NCBI RefSeq assembly: GCF_022484225.1
Contig: NZ_JAKVLT010000001.1
Coordinates: 1,663,406-1,727,405, forward strand
Length of the DNA stretch: 64,000 nucleotides
Source: Pseudoramibacter sp.
GTDB taxonomy: Bacteria; Bacillota; Clostridia; Eubacteriales; Eubacteriaceae
Direction: 5' to 3'
The notes under the pieces are model-generated. The model did no database searches, was not told where the DNA came from, and saw nothing but the letters and a program-made list of their open reading frames with translations. Made by a program: the position numbers and the translations under genes. Below, piece after piece: positions 27,414-36,958 of this stretch; the first letter of the stretch is position 1; the number at the start of each line of letters is the position of its first letter.

Positions 27414-27827
27414 TTATTTATAAAGCGTTACTTCAATTCGTGCGCTTTGCATATCGCTGGGTAATTTGTCTGCTAGTTTTTTGCGAATAATATCTTCTAA
27501 TTCGCAATCAAACAAATCATCAATATGGCTATGATCTACAAGATGGATATGAAAATCTGTATTGCCATCATATCTCATAACGTCATTTTCATCGTGAACT
27601 CTAATAATTAAATTGTGTTTTTCAAAACACTCTAGAGTATTATAGATCGTTCCCATCGATAAGTGTATTCCCTGCTCTTTGATTTTTTTCATCAGCATCT
27701 CTGCTGTAGGGTGACGTTTTGAGTTTAAAATAATCTGCAATAAAGCAGTTCGCTGAAATGTAGCCCGTAAGCCTGCTCTACGGATCAGTCTTGCAACTTC
27801 CTCATGGGTATATTCTCTTTCTGCCAT
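27414..27827 (-). CDS. Fur-family transcriptional regulator (no CxxC zinc motifs)
   Basis: 137 aa. It has the winged-helix part (LRATFQRTALLQIIL...HPTAEMLM...SMGTIYNTLECF) and a His-rich dimerisation region (DFHIHLVDHSH). Neither canonical CxxC pair is present. Confidence 0.75.
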   Translation of the reverse strand: MAEREYTHEEVARLIRRAGLRATFQRTALLQIILNSKRHPTAEMLMKKIKEQGIHLSMGTIYNTLECFEKHNLIIRVHDENDVMRYDGNTDFHIHLVDHSHIDDLFDCELEDIIRKKLADKLPSDMQSARIEVTLYK

Positions 27828-27845
27828 AAAATCTCCTCTAGCGCT

Positions 27846-27866
27846 TTATTAGATATATTCTAATAA
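27846..27866 (-). promoter_or_regulatory. candidate autoregulatory Fur/PerR-like box
   Basis: TTATTAGATATATTCTAATAA is an AT-rich inverted repeat (8 of 9 arm positions pair). It ends about 10 nt upstream of the SD of the Fur-family gene. Confidence 0.4.
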
Positions 27867-27885
27867 AGAATTCTTAAAAATTCCA

Positions 27886-30267
27886 TTATGCTAAATTGAC
27901 AAATGTTGCGCCTGTACCGCCTTCTGAAGGATTCCCATAGCGGAATGATTGAACCACGCTGGAATGTTTTAAATATTCACGGACTACTTTCTGTAAAACG
28001 CCTGTTCCTTTGCCATGAATAATAACTAAATGATTCGTCTTTGAAACTACGGCATCTGATAGAAATTTTTCAACTGCATATCGTGCTTCATCACCTGTCA
28101 TACCCCTTATATCTAATGTATTATTCATCTTATGAAGATCTGATGCCTTTATTTTTTTCGCTGCTGGCTTCTTTTTTATGTGAAAATGTTGAATTTGAGA
28201 CAACTGACTTAATTTCACCTGGATTTTCATCGGTCCTATTTGTACCAGTGCTTTCTTTTCATGTTGATTTATTTCGAGAATTTCTCCCTCTTTATTCAAG
28301 CTCTCAACTAATACAACATCTCCTGGTGCAATTTTTTTGGGTAAAACAGCTTTCTTCTTATACTTTTTTTGTCTGTCTTTCTGAATTTGTTTTTGAGACA
28401 ATTGTGCCTGATGATTAATTTCTTTTCGTAGCGCCTCCAGTTTTTTATTATCAATCGAAGCCTGTGTATTTTCTTGAATTGCTCTGATTTCATGATAAAT
28501 TTCTTCGGATTCATCTTTTGTCTTTTGAACAAAATTGGCGGCATCTTGATGTGCCTCTTGAAGAATTTTGTCTCTTTGTTTATATATGTCATTGACTTTT
28601 TTTTCTGCTGCTTCAACTTTTTGCTCAGCTTCACGCTCTTTTCGCTGTGCCTCTGCCAGAGTTGCTTCCATCTCTTTTCTTTTCTGATCGATCAAATCCA
28701 ATGTCTCTGAAAATTTGCTAGAATCAGAATCAATATAGTGTTTTGCCTGTGAGATAATGTCATCACTTAATCCAAGCCGATTTGCAATTTCGAAAGCATT
28801 AGATTTGCCCGGAATTCCAATAACTAACCGATAAGTTGGTCTTAATGTTTTCACATCAAACTCAACAGAAGCATTTGTAATGCCCGGTGTTGTTAATGCA
28901 TATTCTTTTAATTCAGAATAATGTGTAGTCGCAACTGTAATAACATGTCGACGATGCAGCTCATTTAATATCGCAATAGCCAGAGCTGCACCCTCTGTCG
29001 GATCTGTTCCTGCACCTAACTCATCAAAAAGAACCAGATCTCCTCTTTTTGCCTGTTGCATAAAATAAACAATATTGTGCATATGAGCGGAAAAAGTTGA
29101 AAGGGATTGTTCAATACTCTGTTCGTCTCCTATATCTGCAAAAACATCTTTGAATAACCCCGTTGTGCTTCCTTCCCGTACAGGAACAAATAAACCGGAC
29201 TGAATCATTAAAGTTAGCAAACCAATTGTTTTAAGTGTAACTGTCTTCCCGCCAGTATTTGGCCCGGTAATAACAATTACTTGAATATTTTTTCGAAAAA
29301 CAATATCACTTGCTACAGCTTTTTTCGGATCTAAGAGCGGGTGTTTGGCATTAATAAAAGAAATGCTTCCCTGCGGATCAATCTTTACACGCACATATCC
29401 GTTTGACAACGCATAGCTGGCTTTTGCAAAAATAAAATCCAATTTAGAAATCATATTACAATCCCGGGAAATAACAGCATGATATGCCGCTACTTTTGCG
29501 GTTAAATCTTCTAAAATTTTAAAGATTTCCTTTTCTTCTTCTCCTCTTAACAACTTGAGGTCATTATTTAAATTGACAATCGATAATGGTTCAATAAAAA
29601 CAGTGGACCCGGTGGACGATTTATCCAAAATAATCCCTGGAATACGATTTCTATATTCTTGCTTTACAGGAATAACGTATCGATTATCTCGAATAGTAAC
29701 TAAACGATCTTGTAAAATACTTTCATAAGCTGAGGATGTTACAATACGATTTAATTTATGAGATATCTGATTATTCTTTTCGATTATTTCTTGGCGCAGA
29801 TTTGCTAACTTAAGCGAAGCATGATCGGCCATTTCATTTGGGCCCAGTATTTTTTTTGAAATTTCCTTCTCTAAATCATGACAGTCATCCAGCGCTTCAA
29901 AAAATGGAAGAAGACGTTGAAGTTCAGACTTTCCTATATCCTGATCAAAATAACCGATTAAATCTTTTGACAATCGGAGCAATGATGCAACTTCCAATAA
30001 CGACCCCATATCCAAAACAGAGCCAATTTCCGCTTTATGCAATATATCTTCAATTCCGCTTGTTCGGACCAATGGCGGCTTTCCGTTTCTTAAAGACATA
30101 TTGACTGCTTCCTCAGTCTCATCCAATGCTTTTTCAATATCGTCATATTGATTCATAGGCGACAAGGTTAAAGCTTTGTTCTTACCTTCATCTGTTACAC
30201 AAAAACTTGCCAATCGATGTAATATTTTAGGATATTCTAAAATATTAAGACTTCTTGTATTCATCAA
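27886..30267 (-). CDS. mutS2: endonuclease MutS2 (MutS domain plus C-terminal Smr)
   Basis: 793 aa with Walker A ITGPNTGGKTVTLK, a long K/E coiled coil and a C-terminal Smr domain (LDIRGMTGDEA...VIIHGKGTGVL). Confidence 0.95.
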   Translation of the reverse strand: MMNTRSLNILEYPKILHRLASFCVTDEGKNKALTLSPMNQYDDIEKALDETEEAVNMSLRNGKPPLVRTSGIEDILHKAEIGSVLDMGSLLEVASLLRLSKDLIGYFDQDIGKSELQRLLPFFEALDDCHDLEKEISKKILGPNEMADHASLKLANLRQEIIEKNNQISHKLNRIVTSSAYESILQDRLVTIRDNRYVIPVKQEYRNRIPGIILDKSSTGSTVFIEPLSIVNLNNDLKLLRGEEEKEIFKILEDLTAKVAAYHAVISRDCNMISKLDFIFAKASYALSNGYVRVKIDPQGSISFINAKHPLLDPKKAVASDIVFRKNIQVIVITGPNTGGKTVTLKTIGLLTLMIQSGLFVPVREGSTTGLFKDVFADIGDEQSIEQSLSTFSAHMHNIVYFMQQAKRGDLVLFDELGAGTDPTEGAALAIAILNELHRRHVITVATTHYSELKEYALTTPGITNASVEFDVKTLRPTYRLVIGIPGKSNAFEIANRLGLSDDIISQAKHYIDSDSSKFSETLDLIDQKRKEMEATLAEAQRKEREAEQKVEAAEKKVNDIYKQRDKILQEAHQDAANFVQKTKDESEEIYHEIRAIQENTQASIDNKKLEALRKEINHQAQLSQKQIQKDRQKKYKKKAVLPKKIAPGDVVLVESLNKEGEILEINQHEKKALVQIGPMKIQVKLSQLSQIQHFHIKKKPAAKKIKASDLHKMNNTLDIRGMTGDEARYAVEKFLSDAVVSKTNHLVIIHGKGTGVLQKVVREYLKHSSVVQSFRYGNPSEGGTGATFVNLA

Positions 30268-32652
30268 TTATTTTATTCCTCTATAAAAGTTTCCGGTTGT
30301 AAATCTTATTTGCTTGTTTTTAATATTTTTAATATCATCCTGTGTACACTGTTTTTTATAAGCTGCTGCAACATCCATAATTTCTTCGGCATCTTCATTT
30401 AATACATTAATCCGATATGTATCAACATTGTTCAGTCCTTTAATTTCTCTAGAAGTCATACATAACTTGCTTGCATTGAAAATATGAATACTTCCAGAGT
30501 TTAATATCATAGGAAAAGCTGCTCCTGTTTGGTCAATTAAATGATACAATCCTTCATTCTCGCAATGTTGGCAATTGTTTTTATTGCAGTCAATGACACA
30601 ATTATCCGATATCATTACCTCTTGAAATCCATATACATGAAGTGTTAAAGGCAATGCCGTCATCCGATTAAGTTCTTTTAATGAATTTTGATCTAATTCT
30701 GGAGAGACAACGCCCCGATCACACCCCCATTGCTTAAAGGCAAGTGTAGAGACAGCATTAAAAATTTGTAAATTTGTATCAGCTTCAATCGAATGTCTAG
30801 TATGATGACAATGACACATTCTCAGACTTTCATAATTCCGAACAAGGTAACCGTCAATATTCTCAGAATCAATAGCATCAAAAATATTTTGCCAGTCTCT
30901 TTCTATTGGTGTATTCATGATTTCAGGAAAAGCTATTCTAATCCTTTGACCCTTTTTATGAATGTCATCTATTATTTTTTTTATTTCATCTATTTCATCA
31001 ATATTCTTTAATGGAATAACCCACTCATCCGCCGGGATGTGTGAATAAGTATAATACTGCTTTAAATTTCTTATCTGAATGGATATTTTAGGTGAGTTCG
31101 AATTAATTTTGCAATGCTGTTCTTCCAGCTTGTTTTGAAGATGTCGAATGTTGTTCTGAACGATATCTCGATCTTCATCTTGATCGATCATGTTAATGAT
31201 TTGCCGGCGGATTTTATTTAAATCTGAACGCGACAAAAAAAGCCCTTGATCAAGATTTACATCAAGATGAGAAAGCTTAAAATCAGTATTGCCAAGCTTT
31301 TTCATCTGCTGTGTGATCATCTCTTTATCTAAAGCTTGTTTTTTTGCCTGTTGAGGAATGATATTTTCAAATTTAAATATTCTTTTTTCACCTTCTGTAT
31401 TTTTTTTCACCCATCCAAAAACAGGAATATTTAGAGAAAAAGTCATATGAACAGAAATCGGAATTTTATTAAAAGGCAAAGGTCTTTCAGCTTCTTCTGT
31501 AAGTCTTTGCATTAATGCGACATTTTTATTACGATAGACTGGCATCCCTGCTTTAACACCTGGTATCCGTTCCATCTTAATTTTCGATCCCTGTTTTGAA
31601 AAACGATCAACATTGCAGCCAATATTAGCATCTTTTCCAAAAGCTAAACCATCTCCGCAATGCAGTTGGATATTGTTATTTAACTGAAGTTCCATCCATT
31701 TTTTTGTTGTATTATCAATTGTTCCAATATATGCTCCACGTTTCTTCTGAACATAAATATTTGTTAATTGATGGGATACGAACATTCTGCCCGGCGTAAA
31801 ATCCCGGCCAAATACGGAAGCTAATTCCTGATCATCTTTTTGATCTTTTTTACCGTCTACAGCATTGCGATACATCTTTGTCACCTGATAGACATATTGC
31901 GGACTTTTTAAACGGCCTTCAATTTTAAGTGCATCAATTCCTGCATCGACTAGTTCTTTAATATGATGGACTGTATTTAAATCTTTCATTGAAAGCAAAA
32001 AGCCCTTTCTAACAACTTTTCCGCTTTCATTTATTAAACGATAATACTTCCTGCAGGGCTGCGCACACATTCCCCGATTTCCACTTCGTCCACCAATTAG
32101 ACTGCTCATTAAACACTGTCCGGATCGTGAAAAACACAGCGCGCCATGAATAAAAACTTTAATTTCGATATTTGTTTTCTTTCTTATCTCTTTAATTTCA
32201 TCTATAGGCATTTCTCTCGGCAGAACCACACGATAAAAACCAAGATCTTCAAAGAAACGAACGCCACCTAATCCACCAATAGATGCCTGCGTGCTGGTTT
32301 GCAGCTGCATGTCTGGATAATGTGACCTAATCCATATGATCAACCCCGGATCTTGTACGATCATCCCGTCAATTTCTGCATGATATAAGAAATCCACATA
32401 GCGAATAACATCATTCCATTCCTGGTCTTTGATTAATATATTTAACGTAATATATGCTTTAACTTTATTTTGGTGACATAAACGTACAATATGTTTAATG
32501 GATTGAAGTTCTATGTTTTCTGCTCTAAGACGAGCATTAAATAACGGGCCGCCAAAATAAACAGCATCAGCACCAGCTAAAATAGCTGCTGTCACCTCAG
32601 CTTGATTGCCCGCCGGTGCCAATACTTCAGGAAGGTGCCTCGATTCTTTCAT
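30268..32652 (-). CDS. peptidase U32 family protein (long form with C-terminal extension)
   Basis: 794 aa. LAPAGN...AGADAVYFGG...EVFIHGALCFSRSGQCLMSS...SGNRGMCAQPCR is the U32 signature. Confidence 0.85.
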   Translation of the reverse strand: MKESRHLPEVLAPAGNQAEVTAAILAGADAVYFGGPLFNARLRAENIELQSIKHIVRLCHQNKVKAYITLNILIKDQEWNDVIRYVDFLYHAEIDGMIVQDPGLIIWIRSHYPDMQLQTSTQASIGGLGGVRFFEDLGFYRVVLPREMPIDEIKEIRKKTNIEIKVFIHGALCFSRSGQCLMSSLIGGRSGNRGMCAQPCRKYYRLINESGKVVRKGFLLSMKDLNTVHHIKELVDAGIDALKIEGRLKSPQYVYQVTKMYRNAVDGKKDQKDDQELASVFGRDFTPGRMFVSHQLTNIYVQKKRGAYIGTIDNTTKKWMELQLNNNIQLHCGDGLAFGKDANIGCNVDRFSKQGSKIKMERIPGVKAGMPVYRNKNVALMQRLTEEAERPLPFNKIPISVHMTFSLNIPVFGWVKKNTEGEKRIFKFENIIPQQAKKQALDKEMITQQMKKLGNTDFKLSHLDVNLDQGLFLSRSDLNKIRRQIINMIDQDEDRDIVQNNIRHLQNKLEEQHCKINSNSPKISIQIRNLKQYYTYSHIPADEWVIPLKNIDEIDEIKKIIDDIHKKGQRIRIAFPEIMNTPIERDWQNIFDAIDSENIDGYLVRNYESLRMCHCHHTRHSIEADTNLQIFNAVSTLAFKQWGCDRGVVSPELDQNSLKELNRMTALPLTLHVYGFQEVMISDNCVIDCNKNNCQHCENEGLYHLIDQTGAAFPMILNSGSIHIFNASKLCMTSREIKGLNNVDTYRINVLNEDAEEIMDVAAAYKKQCTQDDIKNIKNKQIRFTTGNFYRGIK

Positions 32653-32685
32653 TGACTAATACTCTTCCTCATATCTTATAAATTC

Positions 32686-34080
32686 TTACTTTCTCCGTCT
32701 TCTTCTTTTTCTTCGTCTTCTAATCGCCTGTACCTGGTAATAACGAAAAATCAAGCCGCATGGAATTAATATAATAAGAAAAATTAAGAAATAATCAAAA
32801 AATCCGCGTCGATGCACAGTTTTTGACGCATACAAAGGAACCCGTTTAATAATTTGACCGTTCTTTTTTACGACAAAATTTCCAACTTTTTGCTGTTTCT
32901 TTACTGTCTGTATTAACTTATACGATTGGCCTTTCTTTTCAAATTTTGCTGAATTAAGCTGAAGTTGTGTTGTATAAGCTTTTTTCTGATTTTTATCAAT
33001 ATATGACGATATTTGCTTATTTGCCGTTAGAGTCAATTGTTTTGAATTGGCAATTCGAACATGCGTAAGGCGAATGGTTTTGAAGCTGCCGTCTTTCTTT
33101 GTCCAATTTACTTTCTGGAAGTCAATATCAAATGTATTAACCACGCCATTTGCCTGATTCCAAAGATTATTGTCTCCGTGCATGATAACTGCGATCATCG
33201 TCTTATCTTTATATTTTGAAGAAAAGACCAGACAATGCCCTGCTTTATCAGTGTGTCCAGTTTTTACCCCAGTTACATACGGATTATATTCTTTTCCATC
33301 GTAAGATGAACCCGTTACCTGTGGTAAATCCGCCGGGCTGATTAACAGTGCATTTGTATTAATCCACTTTTTATCTCCACTTTTCAAATGGCAGGTATAA
33401 ACCTTTGTTTTTACAATTTGGTCAATTTCCTTATATTTCATTAAGTGGATGCCGATTTTTACCAAATCTGCGGCTGTTGTATAATGATTGTCATCATGAT
33501 AACCGTGGGGATTCACAAAATGAGAATCTTCCAATTTTAAGGTTTTTGACTCTTCATTCATTAAAGCTACAAATCGCGCAATTGCCTTATCCGTACTTAA
33601 CTTTGAATTTTTTGCATCCATACGCCCAATATTAGTCGCAATGGTCATCGCAGCATCATTACCCGATGGAAGCAGCAAAGCATAAAGTAATTGCCGCCAT
33701 GTCAAGACATCGCCTTTTCGAATATCCGCTTTTGAAGAATCTCCGTTGATTTCGTTGACTTCATTGCCGACTTTCACTTTCTGATTCATTTTATTCTTAA
33801 CATAATGCATGGCAACCAGCGCAGTCATCGTTTTAGTCGTACTTGCAGGGTACATCTTTTGGTGCGCATTCTGCTGCACAATCACATCACCCGTTTTAGT
33901 ATCTACTGCATAAACAGCTTCATCACCATTGAAAGCGGGCATTGCAGCCATAACAGGCAAACCTGCCACTACTAATATAAAAAACACTGAAAGAAAAGTG
34001 GCAATAATTCTAATTCGATTCTTTTTGAATATATGTAAGTTCATTAAAAATTTCCTGGTTCTTTCGGATCTTTTCTTCAT
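32686..34080 (-). CDS. D-alanyl-D-alanine carboxypeptidase (PBP5/DacB-like serine peptidase S11) with C-terminal TM and poly-Arg tail
   Basis: It has SxxK (PASTTKTMTA), SxN (LPSGNDAA) and KTG (VKTGHT), an N-terminal signal anchor, and a C-terminal TM followed by RRRRKRRRRRK. The start is uncertain: ATG at 34080, or ATG at 34044, which has the better SD (AGGAAA). Confidence 0.8.
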   Translation of the reverse strand: MKKRSERTRKFLMNLHIFKKNRIRIIATFLSVFFILVVAGLPVMAAMPAFNGDEAVYAVDTKTGDVIVQQNAHQKMYPASTTKTMTALVAMHYVKNKMNQKVKVGNEVNEINGDSSKADIRKGDVLTWRQLLYALLLPSGNDAAMTIATNIGRMDAKNSKLSTDKAIARFVALMNEESKTLKLEDSHFVNPHGYHDDNHYTTAADLVKIGIHLMKYKEIDQIVKTKVYTCHLKSGDKKWINTNALLISPADLPQVTGSSYDGKEYNPYVTGVKTGHTDKAGHCLVFSSKYKDKTMIAVIMHGDNNLWNQANGVVNTFDIDFQKVNWTKKDGSFKTIRLTHVRIANSKQLTLTANKQISSYIDKNQKKAYTTQLQLNSAKFEKKGQSYKLIQTVKKQQKVGNFVVKKNGQIIKRVPLYASKTVHRRGFFDYFLIFLIILIPCGLIFRYYQVQAIRRRRKRRRRRK

Positions 34081-36940
34081 TTCCAATTACGCAAAGTGCA
34101 TTTTGATCAATAGCAGCATCTATTTTTTCGCCACAATCCCTTAAATCCTTGACCGTTGTGCTCAAAATTTGATCTCTTTCTTCTTGTATCCATTCTGGTG
34201 TTTGATCTGTAAAAAATTGACGGTCTTCAACATAGGACTGCATGGCTGAAGACAATGGATGGTCTTTCGTCGAAATAGAACCGATAATTGCCTTTTCTAA
34301 TTCCCGTTGACTCATTTGCATTTCTTTCACATATGCTCCAGCCTGATCATATGCCTGTACAGTTTGCAATACATGTGGGTCGCGATAAGAAGAAAAAATC
34401 AAATCTCCGGATTTAGACACTGACATTCCTGTTCCATAAGCGCCGCCTTTTACCCGGACACGATTCCACAAATACCCCATATCCATTATTGTTTTTAAAA
34501 CAAACAATGCTCCATTGTAATGATATCCTAATTCCTGAATGTTATAGCCTTTTGCAACATAATTAATTTTAGATGAAGTCATAATACCTTCATTTAACTT
34601 TTCAGTCACAAAATGATAGGCATATTTTTTCGCAGCAGTATTATTAAACTTTTCAAGGTTTTCCCGCACGGCATGATAAACTTTATTCTGATTTTCCGGA
34701 TCACAGCTAATGGATAATGTCAAATTTTGTAAATTAAAAATATTATTAAAAACTTTGGACAATTGTCTCGAGAGTTGATCAAACTCTTCATCATATCGTC
34801 GACAAGTCATAGATAAGAAGCGTCCAAAATCAATACCGCCTAATTGTTGATACAAAGCTGCCGATTGTGAATAATACGATTGAAGGCGCTGAGAAGCTAT
34901 TGCGTTTCCAGAAGTTAAAAACTGATTTTCAAATTTTATCTGATGTTCCTGTAAAATTGCCCTGATAATATCTTGTTCATCAAAATGTGACGCAGTCATC
35001 CCCTGCATCATCAACTGAAGCAAAACATCCAACTGACTAATTAATGCTTTCCCACCAATAGACAAATAAGCCCGGTATTGCCCTGTGTGCTGCACACTGT
35101 CCAAAACTTCAAGATTTGTTGAAATCCCACCGGTATAGATTTGAATGGCTTGATCCATTTCGTTAACAGAATACATATCTGTACGAACATTAAAAAGCAA
35201 TTTGTTAAGTATTCCCAGTATCGGCAAATCTTCTTGCGCAATGGCATGAATATCAAAATAAAATTTTAGATATACAATACCATTAGTTTCTGATGGATGC
35301 CACAACACAAAACGATCGTCTAACAACCCTCGTGTTGATTTCGAAGGTTTTGCTTTTTTATCCAAGTCAGAAAGTTCCAGTTTAGGGATTGTGGCAAGCT
35401 GTTCTGGCGTATCTTCCCGATTTTGATAGGCGAACAAATCGTGTGTTTCTTTTACAATATCGTCAATTTGATTATCTGACAAACCTGACCGAAAACGATC
35501 TAATTTTGCTGACAGTTTTTTAGCATTTTTTGATGCAAGATCAACATCTGGTATCAACGTTACTACTGCCTGATGAGAATTGTGAATTAAGAACCGATCA
35601 ATCATTTTTTCAAATCCGCCATGTTGTGCCAGTTGATTGACATGTTCTATGGCCTGATCTATTCTCAAATGACTCAATGGATCCTGGTGATACAACCAAG
35701 TATCCATCAGTTCCAGACCAAACATCAAGCCAGAAGGATAGGTGCCAAAATCTTTTTCTTTTAGAGCGAATACTGTTGAATTAATACCGGCTTTAAGCAT
35801 TTTCGGATCAATACCATCTCTGCAGATCTGTTTGAGGACCTTATTAACCGTCGATAAAACTTCTTCTTGTTTTCCCGCTTCGATATTTTTCAACGTAATA
35901 GAAAAATACGGCTGCTGCATGGATGTCGTATAAGAATAATTAATATCTTCACAAATATTCAAATCCAACAAAGCCTTTTTTAATGGATAAGAATTTTCTC
36001 CCAATAATATATTCGCTAAAATATCAAATGCCAGCCAGGAATCTTTTAAATCATTCAAGACCCATCCTATTGTCAGATAATTTTTATGATCTAATTGTTT
36101 CTGTCCCGACAAAGGATAATAAGCTTTTGATTCTACAGGATGGGAAAAAGGTTGTTGAAGTTTAATTTCAGAATCGACTTCTTTGTATTCAAAATTTGAC
36201 AAATATTCCCGATCCAGATAAGCAAGATGTTTTGGAATGTCCCCATCTCCATAAAAATAAATAAAAGCATTTGACGGATGATAAAATTTGCGATGAAAAT
36301 CTAAAAATTCTTCGTAACTGAGATCTGGAATTTCATCTGGAAATCCGCCAGATTCTTTCCCGTAAATGGTATCGGGATACAATTGTTTCATAAGTTCATT
36401 CTGGAGAATTTCTTCTGGACTCGAATAAACCCCTTTCATTTCATTGTACACTACACCATTGTAGGTCAATGTATCCTGACGGTTATTTAATTGATAATGC
36501 CATCCTTCCTGTTCAAATATTTTTTTATTTTTATAAATATTAGGATAAAAAACTGCATCCAGATAAACATCAATTAGATTCATAAAATCTTTATCATTTG
36601 TACTTGCCACTGGATAAACTGTCTTATCCGGATACGTCATGGCGTTTAAAAAAGTATTGACTGATCCTTTAACAAGCTCTACAAATGGTTCTTTAACTGG
36701 ATATTTTCGCGAGCCGTCTAACACTGAATGTTCTGTAATATGAGCTACACCTGTACTGTTATTTGATGGTGTTTTAAATGCAATATGAAATACTTTATTA
36801 TTATCATCATTAGATAAGTACAAAAGCGGTGTCTGAGTTTTTTCATAAACAAAATAATACGCTGTCCCATGAATTTCTTCTAAATATTCTTTATGGCATA
36901 GCTTAAAGCCATGAATCATTTCGTCGTTTCTTTCTTTCAT
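34010..36940 (-). CDS. M16C-family zinc metallopeptidase (PreP/pitrilysin-like)
   Basis: About 976 aa with the inverted zinc motif HxxEH (VAHITEHSVLDGS). SD AGGAGA lies immediately upstream of the ATG at 36940. The TTG-extended track start was rejected. Confidence 0.85.
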   Translation of the reverse strand: MKERNDEMIHGFKLCHKEYLEEIHGTAYYFVYEKTQTPLLYLSNDDNNKVFHIAFKTPSNNSTGVAHITEHSVLDGSRKYPVKEPFVELVKGSVNTFLNAMTYPDKTVYPVASTNDKDFMNLIDVYLDAVFYPNIYKNKKIFEQEGWHYQLNNRQDTLTYNGVVYNEMKGVYSSPEEILQNELMKQLYPDTIYGKESGGFPDEIPDLSYEEFLDFHRKFYHPSNAFIYFYGDGDIPKHLAYLDREYLSNFEYKEVDSEIKLQQPFSHPVESKAYYPLSGQKQLDHKNYLTIGWVLNDLKDSWLAFDILANILLGENSYPLKKALLDLNICEDINYSYTTSMQQPYFSITLKNIEAGKQEEVLSTVNKVLKQICRDGIDPKMLKAGINSTVFALKEKDFGTYPSGLMFGLELMDTWLYHQDPLSHLRIDQAIEHVNQLAQHGGFEKMIDRFLIHNSHQAVVTLIPDVDLASKNAKKLSAKLDRFRSGLSDNQIDDIVKETHDLFAYQNREDTPEQLATIPKLELSDLDKKAKPSKSTRGLLDDRFVLWHPSETNGIVYLKFYFDIHAIAQEDLPILGILNKLLFNVRTDMYSVNEMDQAIQIYTGGISTNLEVLDSVQHTGQYRAYLSIGGKALISQLDVLLQLMMQGMTASHFDEQDIIRAILQEHQIKFENQFLTSGNAIASQRLQSYYSQSAALYQQLGGIDFGRFLSMTCRRYDEEFDQLSRQLSKVFNNIFNLQNLTLSISCDPENQNKVYHAVRENLEKFNNTAAKKYAYHFVTEKLNEGIMTSSKINYVAKGYNIQELGYHYNGALFVLKTIMDMGYLWNRVRVKGGAYGTGMSVSKSGDLIFSSYRDPHVLQTVQAYDQAGAYVKEMQMSQRELEKAIIGSISTKDHPLSSAMQSYVEDRQFFTDQTPEWIQEERDQILSTTVKDLRDCGEKIDAAIDQNALCVIGNEEKIRKNQEIFNELTYIQKESN

Positions 36941-36958
36941 GAATTCTCCTGTTATCAA

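Noticed and set aside
28308-28634. 108-aa Lys-rich same-strand ORF inside mutS2, plus the 28041-28418 and 28474-28710 plus-strand ORFs.
   Set aside because: They fall in the K/E-rich coiled-coil coding segment of MutS2, where AAG/GAA-rich DNA is open in several frames. These are compositional artefacts.
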